A stretch of DNA of 64,000 nucleotides, taken from NCBI RefSeq assembly GCF_964355755.1, contig NC_092670.1, forward strand, positions 16,788,795 to 16,852,794, in the 5' to 3' direction. Source of the stretch: Antedon mediterranea. Its lineage: Eukaryota > Animalia > Echinodermata. Positions 28,801 to 40,800 of the stretch are shown in pieces. Under the pieces are notes generated by a model. It did not search any database and was not told the origin of the DNA. It worked only from the letters and a program-made list of their open reading frames with translations. A program made the position numbers and the translations under genes. The stretch's first letter is position 1; every line of letters starts with the position of its first letter.

Positions 28801-31800
28801 GTGTGTACTCAAATCATGCATTACTAATCAATTAAATGTCATAGTAATTGTATGATGAATCTGGGCAGATTAGAACACATGACCTCAGGGTTAACATCTT
28901 AACCATAGGTTAAATAGCCATATAAATCTCTGTCTACATTATCAAACTAGTTTGACAAAAAAGTGTGATGTGCCCAAATATGGTAGTGATATGACATCAT
29001 CATGTCCATAATATGGACACATCACATTTTTTTGTAACATAAACTTTGATAGTGTAGACAGAGCTTTACACCATCATGAGTACATAGATTTAAAAAAATA
29101 AACGTACCTCAGCAGCAAAACCTTCAACCAATATTGCCACAAGAAGGTTGAAGAGAACATAGTTACCAAACGTCATGAGGGCAATAAAATACAAGGCAGC
29201 CCAGGCAGTGGTTTTGGACATGCCATTATAAAGCACAATATTCCAGTCCTCTTGGGTTAAAATCTAAATAGAAGAAGTCAGAATAAAATGAATCAAATGT
29301 GTGTGCGTGAGGTGCAGTGTGTTGAACGTGATCATGAGTTAGAATCTCAAGCTCTTCGCATTGCTTGTATCCTTAGGCAAGATACTTTTCTTACGTTTGC
29401 CCCTCTCCACCAAGGTTTACAAATGGGTACCTGGCAAAGATCATAAACCAAAAGTGCTGATTAATTGCTTCAACATCCAAAACATAACCAAGGTAAAAAT
29501 GTAAAGTGCTTAAAGGCTTTATGCATTTAATATACGCGCTATATAAGATTGCGCTATATAAGATCGCACTATATAAGATCGACATATATTGGTCTACACA
29601 GTCCCTCCTGTAACAGGAGTACAGTAAACTTTCCTAAACTGGTCTCCTTCCAAATAAAAAAACACCTTAAAACCAGAATCTGAAGATCGCAAATTATAAT
29701 GAAAGTCGGCGATAATATTTCTTACTTGGAAGACAGTCACAGTTGCCCATAGCAAAGAGTCAAAGTTTTTGCGATCACATTCCTGGGTTCCATCATCGAG
29801 ATCGTAACAGAATTTGCAACCAAACAGATGCATGCCCAAAATACTGCAATAAAATATTCAAAACATGCTCAACAACTAGTTCGCCATTTAAGTACAATTT
29901 CTTTCGTATACAATTTATGTTTGTAGTTTAGGTAAATAACAGCTAGTTTTCCAAGAAAGTAATAATACAGTATCTTGTGTAAAAAAGTTCTAGAGTTCTA
30001 TTAATAAGAGTTGAAACCTTTTAACTTAAATAATGTGGTTGTTGTTCTTAGATCGATACAATACCAATGTTAATATTACAAGAAATTTACGATCTAGGTT
30101 ACACTTACAGTCTAACATCTCCCAATGCTGTAAAAAGAATATTTAAATCTATAACATTTAACCTAACCTATATATATATATACCAACCTAAAAATGAATA
30201 TAAATAAGGCCAGGAGGGTGAAGAACGTAGCAACATTATCCATCGTTTTCAGCATAATAAGAAGTTGACGACGTAACGCTGGCATAAACCGCACCAACTT
30301 CAGGATTCGGAGAAGTCTGAATGTTCGCAACACGGTAAGACCACCCTCACCATTTTGAGCAATCTCAACCACACTGAAAACAATATTTGTATAGTTAAAT
30401 TAGATTACTAACCAATGTTAATGAAATGTTGAAAACTCAACCGTGGACCTCTAGTCTAATTCAAATTGTTTCAACTTATTGGACACAGCTTTCTTTTTTA
30501 CAAATATTTTCAAAAAAATAACTATGCATATCTTTATTTAACTACAGACTTTTAAGTGATTTGTCGTCTCCCACTAAAGGTGCAATGTCTATCGATTATT
30601 TTAGATACAAATTAATCCAGAATTTTCATAAATTTAGCATTTAGGCTCTACTACATTGGCGACACACATACAGCTCACTATGACGGTCGGATGGTCGGTC
30701 GGATAACACTAAATGTGAGCATGCGACTGCACCAATGTATATGGCCTTGTTTACTAAAGAATACTGATGAACAAGAATTAGCCGCTCTCTAATTGAATGT
30801 ATTTTAAAACAAAAATACCTGATGATAACTATAGTTCCATCAAACACATTGAAGCCATTGCTAACATAACCTATCAAGCCATAGGCTAAAATCTTCAGAA
30901 TCATCTCCAATGCAAATATACTGGTAAAAATAAGGTTGCTTATTTCAATAGCCTGCGTCAATTCCTCTGGCTAAAAGATACAAATATACGACGAATTTAA
31001 ATAACTTTATAACATACAATGATACAAAATGCTTATACAGTAGAGGTAAACAGGGAGCAGTAAAAATGTGTGAAGGGTAGGTTTATAGAGTTTCATAAGA
31101 ATTTGTGGAATAAGAATCTTTTCTTCCTATTACAGGGTATTTTGCCATGGTCTAATGGTATTCATAGGCAGTTCCAGGGGGAGGAGGAGGCAGTCAGTCA
31201 GATCACTTATTCCCTAACCCTTAACCGTCTCCGTCAACCTAAATTTGGAAAATTAAAATGAAAAATGTAGTACATAAGGTTAAGTTCAGCTTATTTTACA
31301 ATTGTTAGGGACTGTTCCAGCACTGTATCTGTATCCTTAACATACAAACACCATTTCTGGTGATCGTTGGTCAGGAGTCAAGTGCAAGAAGATAAATTAA
31401 TAGCAAAGTGCACTTTGTATTTTCAATGTCAATGGGGCTCAATTTATTCTTAAAACTGGCTAGGTTTGGTGCCATTCTTATTCATTCATTTTACTTTTAT
31501 TTCGGAAACGGACGTCAATATCTACAAAATCAATTGCAGAAATAAGTTTAAATAAAATAGGCAGACATGTACAATAGCAGTCATAGGTTCTAATCCTACA
31601 AAAGATCAAGTTTTCATACAAGGGAAAAAATACAATATTGGTTGATGAGGTAATGTTTAATACAAGTGTGTTATTTACAATTAGTATAGAAGGCATTAGG
31701 TACGTTATCTAATCATAATAATTTGTCTGAAACCTTTTGAGTTGATTACTCATTCTCAGCCAGTTTAAGATTACGATATGAAAACGATTGCGAAATAGCA

Positions 31801-34800
31801 TTTTATATGATATTGCCTTAATCACGTTGATCACTTATATTATTGTTTGGAAATACGAGAGTAAATTATTTCTGGCTGGAAGTTTTTCAATTTCCAAAAC
31901 CTTGATGATGCTCTACTTAAATTAAGTGGTTTTCTATCACAATGATTGAACAACTAATTTCCAAATTATTTTGAGAAAAAACAAGTAAGGGACTATGTCT
32001 ACTGACTGACAACAAAAGTCTCATTTCATTTCCTAAAAATCAGTTTTCACATAAAACTATGATTTTTATGATGTATTCTCTCTTTAATGTTTTTAATGTG
32101 CGATTCTTCATACATACAAATTGAGAAGACTGTAACGTGTAGCGAGAAGTAGAACACAATTCAGACGCACCGATAACAATGCTTCATCAACATCATTACG
32201 ATGGAGAATTTTAATCAAGTACAGAATTGTAAATGACTAGCTATCAATTCTATATGTCAGATAGTCAAGAATAAAGAAGAATGTATGATTCTTGGTAAAT
32301 TAACTGTGTGAAGAATTGTTCGTTTGTTAGATGATAAATTTACTGGTTTTAAGAAATATCAAATAAAGTCGTCTTCTTCATAGAAATTTGTCAATGTTTC
32401 TTAGACTTTAAGATTACTTAAAGTTACTTTCTAGAAATGATAATTGTTTTTATTATTTTGAAAGGAATTCATGATCAATTGAAATGATAAAGATAAAATT
32501 TGAAAAGATTTCACAAACATTATTTGATCGACGAAGTAATTAGTAAATAATAAAATTTAAAATAGTTTTGTATCAGTTTTCTAAGGGGGAAACACCAATT
32601 TGATGATTAAGTTTTGGATACGTTTAAAAATAAAGTTGTTGTTTAATATTATATTATCACATTTGAAATGTTTGTAAATGTGATATTCACATGAAACAGA
32701 TGTACAGATTTTCCCTTTTACGTTGGGGTCAAGAAAGTCCTAAACTATTCAATCTAAACAACTAATTATACAGAATAATTGATTTGTTTTTTATCTAAAA
32801 AAAAAAAACCAAAACAATTTACAAAATGTTACATAAAAATGACAATGTAAATGGAGGATTGCGTGCGACTTGTTTTATACTACAGACGACTCATTACCAT
32901 AATTCTGTGACAGTTTAAAAACAGCCGTATAAATCACAACTAGAAAATTTGAGATGTTATTAACGATGCTCCATCACAGCTACAATTTGCCACCTGGACA
33001 AATACTCTTCAGGCTATATGTTTTCATTTACTTAGGTTAATTAATGTACAATGTATATCCAAGCACTTTATAAAATAATAAATTCTAAAGTGCCCATATA
33101 TATAATCAATAATCTATTTTGCAACACCTGTTTTTACCTCAAAATATTGTCATTGATACAAAAATCAAAAAAAAAAAAAAAAAATTACTTAAGTATCTAC
33201 CAAGAGTTAAGGAATTGGTGCGCACACACCAAAACTCCAAGTTACTTAATAGGGAACTTTTGATTTGCAACGATATCGACGACCTAACTATGTCATGCGG
33301 GGAAGTTGGTACGTGCTTCCTTGCTCTCTACCTCGACACTGTATTGGTGGTTTCTAAGTTCAGAACAGAACCGATGAAACATCAACTAACTTGTTCCATT
33401 GCAAATCGTAAGCTAAAGCTTTTTCTTACTATGGAGTTTTAGGTATTAACAGAACATCTTTAGGAACTTGAAAGAATCGCGGGAAAGAACGCGTATGACA
33501 AACAATAGAATTTCCAGTTTTGCTGAAACCGTAATCAATCACAAGATGATATTGAATCTAGTAGAAACCTTTAGGGCATGTCTGACATAGCAGCTGGAAA
33601 TTTATCCGAGTTTGTTCACGTATGAGTAAACTAAACGCAATCTCCATTTCCAGAGAAATAATTGCAATGTATTGTTCGCAGTCCAATAGAACTGTACAAT
33701 AACCGGATATGATTGACATAATAGAATATACCTACTCGTAATACATTATATAATTAATTGATATTGGATACTAGATACAAATCTTCTCGAATTATCTTTC
33801 AATACAGACCTAGTGGTCTCCAAACATGTGTTTCTGCTTGAATGATAATAGTATAGTTCTGATCTCAACATGCACTTGTAATAGATTCCTTTAAAGAAAT
33901 CTATTACAAAATATATTCTGTCGACATTCATTTATTATGATCATAACGAAAAATAAAGAATATTTATATTTTGTCTGAGGTTCTGCTTGAATTATTAAAA
34001 TAGTTTTGTTCTTAATAACATTATAACGGAGGTGCATTTATAGATTTATTTATTCTGGGATATTTTTTTATTATAAGGAAAGGATCATAAGGAACCATAA
34101 TGACTATTATACAGATCTCTGGTTTCCGAACCTAAACGTTATGTTTGAATTATTAGTCTTGATCTTAATGACATTATAAAAGAGGTGTATTTTTAAAACT
34201 ATTATGTCATATTACATACGCAGGTACACTTATAGATTTTCTATTCTGGAACATTATTTTATTAATTATTAGCGGGTTTAAAAAACAAAAGATTAGTAAG
34301 CACCATTTCCACTTAAACTCGACCTGTGATTTCTCATTTAGTAGCTTCAAAGTACTGGAAAACAGTGAAAATGGTTCCTCTGTATCATCTTTTTTTTTTT
34401 CATTTTCATTTCAGATAATTATTTATTATTTATTTAGATAATAATGAATAAACATATACAAAATAGAAAAAAGATATTAAAGTGAACATAGATAAAGCAG
34501 TAATTGGTAGTCATTATTATCATGGATCCCTTCTAGAAGTTAAAAACTTGTCTCGCAGGGACCCACAAGAAAACACATTACTAACAAAATAAAAATAAAC
34601 CTAGAGTATATAATTATATAATTAAGGATAAAAATGACAGTATAATAACACAACTAACATCTTCTTTATCAAAATTATTTAAATTATATTTCTATATTTT
34701 ATATATCTTCAATATGCTTTAGTGACTACGGTATGTGAGGATTTTTTTAATATATATATATATTTGTTTCTTTATGTTTATAATAATGTAGACACTAATT

Positions 34801-37800
34801 TGTTCTTGAGCTATGAAGAATTTTGTATTTTTATTATTTGTATTATTTGTTCCGAAATAAAAGATGAAATGAAAATGAAATTAAAGACTTGGAGACCAGT
34901 AGGTCTGTATTGAAAGAAAATTCAAGAAGATTTGTATCCAGTATCCAATATCAATTAATTATATAATGTATTACTAGTAGGTATATAAGTACAATATATT
35001 GTCAATCATATACGGTTAGTGCACCTAATTTGCATTAGGTTCTATATAATACAACTATTATTATTATTACAGTTGAGCAGTAGATATTATACTAATCTTC
35101 AGAGAAAAAAAAATTATTATATTTTAAAAAGTTTTTATTTCAATAAACATAATGCAACATACAATTATTTATTGAAGTACACTTTTTGTGTACTGAAAAT
35201 TCCATTTATCACATTTGTACAAAATACAGGATATTCCACCTGACATTTTAACAGAGTGTAAAATTGCCTACCTATAAATTTAACAACTTACACTTATAAT
35301 AACACATTAAAATGTTATGTCTGATAGAAACACATTGAAATGTTGCATATGTATTAAAATCAATATATTCATAATCAACAATATGTTGCATTTATTATAA
35401 CAAAAGCCAAGTCATTTTCTACCATCATATAGTAGCAATAATAAATTACATGAATAAATTATATTATTCTAAATGTCAATATATCTAGTAGTGCTTTATA
35501 TTGCAAATTCGTTATTAATTTTCAGTGGCAACAATGATCACATGGCCGACCAAATGTCAAGTACTTTAATACACTGGTAGGGATTTAGAAATTGGGGTAA
35601 TTGTGGCAACTATCAGTACCGTGGATTGCTTTATTAATTGGCATGGGCAAAGAAGAACCTCTAAAATTTAGTGTCAGTAGGTATCCTTTGATATATATAG
35701 AAACATAATAAAAAGCATTGTATTCATCTAAACTTAAACTCATCATCTATATCATTTTATGATTTGTATTATACACACCTAATTGGTGACAGTGGCTTAG
35801 ACTGCTTTTGTGCTTTACTGGCAGCTAGTCACTATGTGGAGGTACACACCTAATTGGTGACAGTGGCTTAGGCTGCTTTTGTGCTTTACAGGCAGCTAGT
35901 CACTATGTGGAGGTACACACCTAATTGGTGACAGTGGCTTAGACTGCTTTTGTGCTTTACTGGCAGCTAGTCACTATGTGGAGGTACACACCTAATTGGT
36001 GACAGTGGCTTAGACTGCTTTTGTGCTTTACTGGCAGCTAGTCACTATGTGGAGGTACACACCTAATTGGTGACAGTGGCTCAGTCTGCTTTTGTGCTTT
36101 CCTGCCAGCTAGTGACTATGATTTTATATTTTCTTCTTGCGTTGTGTTTGTTTAATTTGTTGATTTGTATTATATTTTATAAAATGTATCTTTTGCCTGA
36201 ATAAATAATAATAATAAAACCTATAAAATCATCGTTTAATCCTCCAATCGGTTCAATCAAGTACTTGCGCATTTAATTATGTTTAGCCTACAACTAATCT
36301 GTAAAAGGTCATTGACCGTCCAGACTAAACACTGTACAGTTATGTTTTAGTTTTCAATCGTACATTATGACCATAAATCTCTACCTATCTGTACCTCGTC
36401 AGTCGCATTTGAAGATGTTCCATGAATTATTCCGTGCGTTCATTGACCCTAAAGTCACATGACTATTAAGTAAATGCCAGCTGTATAAATCATAATCCAC
36501 ACAAATATCCGCAATATAAACAAACAGGCTATTTTCAGTATTATTTCAAAGAGTTTAAGCTAAAAATAATCAATATATATATATACAATTTCTAATGTGA
36601 ACACGGAGGTATTTTGAACATCATCACAGTTCTCAATAAGGTTGTGTGTTATTGTCTTTTGTTTGTTAGTAATTCTGCAGCCGTTTTGATATTTTACTAT
36701 TCCACTCCAAGTATATGTATGACATGCCATATGTGCCAAAATGAACCTAGACTAGTTTTTCACATATCTATTTGTCTTAAAAAGCATACATCCACCTACA
36801 TACATGTAAATTGTAAACATCAATACAATATACAGTACACAGAAGAAAACCCTATTAAATTATTTTTTGAGAAGCGCCCTCACTTTTTATTTATCAATAA
36901 TTAATGAATAAGCTTCCAGATCAAAAATAACCTTAATATAAAATAATGTATTCTGCTCTAAAAGTCTTTATCTGAATTCATCATACAAACGTCAATGCAT
37001 AATTAAGCTGATTTTTAAATCAAACTTGTCATATTCGTAATGTTGATGTGTTTTATTTCACATTTTACGCTGACTTTTTTATGCCCTGTTGCCATTAAAT
37101 TTGCCAAGTAGATTTTTACGATTTGAAAATTTGAAATAAAATCACTAGTTACGAAAAAGACTGATATGAACCAGTTGTACAATAGTCATTTATATTTGTT
37201 TGTCAATGATTTTAAAGAAAACAAAATTAGGAACAGATGCTGGTTTCTATTTGTGATGACCTATGACCTAGAAGGTTCTGTCAAATCTTATTACTGTGTA
37301 ATGAATCGATTGAGGAAACACATCCCAATATCTGCGCATACGCACAATGAATCAACATCAAGTAACTACTTCCTAGGTCATAGGTTGTCAACAAGTTGAA
37401 AGCTCCCTATTATCAAAAGCAGAAACATTGCTGTATGCCTATTAAGCTAAACATTTTAAAGAAATCAAGGCTTTAAAATATGATTTAAAAAAAGTGTTAC
37501 ACACCTGCTGATGATATTCAATACCCATACTCAAAGTGTTGATCAAGATACACACTAGAATTCCTCGCATAAAAAAGTCACTCTCAATGATTCCCTCAAG
37601 TTTGCGTTGAAACGATCGGCAACGGTTCTTACATCGCCAACAACGTTGTTTGCGTCCAGTGATACATGTCTCCTCGGACTGATTCAATGCAGACTCGCTG
37701 TTGTCTGAATCCGAGTCGGTATACTCGTACTGCAAGGTGTGATGTTCGTCACAGGTATGGGGACAAGATTGGTTACGATACGACGGTTTGCAGTGTGAGG

Positions 37801-40800
37801 GGCAAGGCTTGTGAAGGGGACATGGGTTGTGAATAGGGCACTTTGCTTGGGTTGATAGGCAAGCTTGATTACGTATAGCTGGTAAGGGGGACGGAGGGTA
37901 GTCACGAACTAGAGAGCAAGGGGCAGAAAGTCTCGCGGCAAGTGGCTGGTGCTTCGGAGGACGTAGAGATTTTAAGGCTGAAGGATAAAAAACAGTATTA
38001 AAAAATCTATAAAAATATATATAAAATAAATATATTGTCAAATTAAAATGTTGGTAAGTTACTAAGTTCTAATTTTTTTTTGGATATCTATAGCTCTACG
38101 AATGCTATCAAACATTGTAAAATACATGAATATAATTTTAGAATAGAATAATGATAATGAACTAATTTAATATAATTCCACCTCCCCAACATCATTTGTT
38201 ATTATAAAAAAAAACAACATATTTAGGAAAGGTGAACTTTAAGGGTGATCATATATAGTTGAAGAAATATGTTCAAGATGGTTAAAAATTGATGATCAAA
38301 AACAAAGCAAAGAAAAATTAAATACAAATTTAGTCTCAAGTTATTTAAAATAGCAATATTGCTTTGCTCTTTTTTGTGTGTATTTTGTAGGAATATTAAA
38401 CAATTTTTTGGAAATATTTGTTTCTTCTGGAACAAGCAAGTTAATGATAGTGATCCTACCTGAAGTATCTGCAGATGTGTTAGATATGGCAGGTAAACGG
38501 GCTAAAGGCTTAAGGGACAAGTCTGTATCCTTAAATCGCTGCCACTCCTCAGGGAGCTTATTTGATGAATCAATGTTAGCGCCCTCACTAGCATTAGGAT
38601 TAGCCGCCACCGAAGCCTGGGTTTTATCCTTTGAGTTCGTATTTGGGTAATTAATAGATGAAGCACGATGAATTGAAAGTGTTGTAATAAGGTGGGTACG
38701 GGGTGACCTAACTGGTTCTGGTAATTTCTTACTTTTTTCCGCATCCACGTGAGCAATTCTTTCTGTGCAATATGTTATGGAATGCAACGAGTCTGAGCTT
38801 GGCATTAGATTGTTCGTGGGTGGAACTAAAAAACGATTTTGACGAGTCGGCGACGATCCAATGTCACTGCTCTCTGGGCTTGCATGAGGTGGTACAGGAG
38901 TACAGTTACCAAAATGATAGTGATGATGGTGGTGATAATGATGATGATGCAGATGCACTGACTTTTTTCTCTTTTTTCTACGAAGCGATAATGCAGGAGT
39001 AATTTTGCTTTTACCGTCCATACCTTTGCGCCATTGTCTTAACTTACGTCTACCATGACGTACAAGATGCGCGATGTATTTCAATATTTCTCCGTAACAG
39101 CTTCCTTGTTCGTACGTTGATAAAGTACTTGTCGATTTAAATCGTCGCCGATTTTCCGCCATTAAACGGTTTTCCCTCTGCTTTGTCTCAGAAAACTGTG
39201 TTGCTATGACAACAAGGCAGAGATTTATCAAGAAGAAGGAACCAATCTGCAAAGGAAAATAAATTAATAAAATAATTACTTTATGCTTTAATTGAAGTAA
39301 CTGGCATTCTTTAATTAGGTTCATTAGCAATCCTAATGTAAACACATTTATATTTAACTGGTAATTGCAAAATCGTAGAATACTTATTGTACAATACAAA
39401 GTTTAAATGCATTCCATTATACAGGTACTGTAAATAAATTGGTAGTAATATTATAATACACTATAATATTTTATTCTATTTCAATTGCAATGTAAATTTT
39501 TTATTAACAACCTTAGTTAAAGTTTGTTTGTGATAATAACATATTTTTATATGTATTTGTTTTCTTTTGAGCAAGGCCTTACTGTAAAAAACAACTTACA
39601 GTAGAGTTAAGTTTCAGTAATAAATTAAGCTTTATAATTGATATTATTTGTATTAATGTTTGCATCATTTAATATTGCATTTATATTCACGCATTTCAAT
39701 TAATTATTTTGTAGTTTGAATTTCTAAATGTGTATATCAAACCATGATTGTGTATTTATTTTAAATCTGTCTGAAAGTGGTTTAAATAATTGAATTAGAG
39801 ATACATTATTCCATGATATTTACAGTATGAGAATGGCAATATTATAAAATGAGAAAATATACATAGGTATGATTAATATATTTATTATATATAATTAATA
39901 TTATTAGATAATATCCTGCCATATATAAGCTACATTATTAATATATTTTGACATGAATACAAAGTATTTAAGAAACTGTTATGCAAATAACAAATTAATG
40001 TGTGCATTATTTTAGCAAATTCATAAACAGTGCTGTTTAATGTACATAAATCTAAAATGTTCAATATTGAACAATGAATGATAATTATACATAGAAATGT
40101 TACATATAATGTATGAAAACCTGTTGCATATCCAGGAACTTAGATGGGTATATCCAGGAACTTAAAGATGGGTATATCCAGGAACTTAGATGGGTATAGC
40201 CAGGAACTTAGATGGGTATAGCCAGGAACTTAGATGGGTATAGCCAGGAACTTAGATGGGTATAGCCAGGATGCGTCCAGAAATGACCAAATAAAAGGTA
40301 GATAAAATAAAACTAGACAAATTTAACCCAATAACCAAATTATAATAGATTCCAAATTAGCATTTGTAATAATTTTAATACGGTATTGGAAAATTATAAT
40401 TTTAAGCTTTGTCTACACCATCAAACTTGATGTGTCAAAAAAATGTGATGTGCCCATATATGGATGATGATATCACTACCATATTTGGGCACATCACACT
40501 TTTTTTGTCAAACTAGTTTGATAGTGTAGACAGAGCTTTACAACCAGCCAGTAAGCATATATTATCATTTGATGTATATATTGTGTCCAACATAAACTCC
40601 AGTATTGAATTTAGTCTTTAACTTTCTGTATGAACCTCTCGTTATAAGCAAGTTCCTGCATTTTAGAAGAACCAATATAGTATTCATTTATAAGTTGACC
40701 ATTCAGCATTTATCAAGTCAGTACAAATGTTATTTCTGGACCACCTTAGGTAACCCCTGGATATGCAACTGAAAACTGAATTATACTTACCATACATCAT

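Noticed and set aside
29391-29520. Possible exon 12b copy downstream of the DII turret exon
   Set aside because: No GMxLFG or NFD..W motif and no cysteine pattern seen
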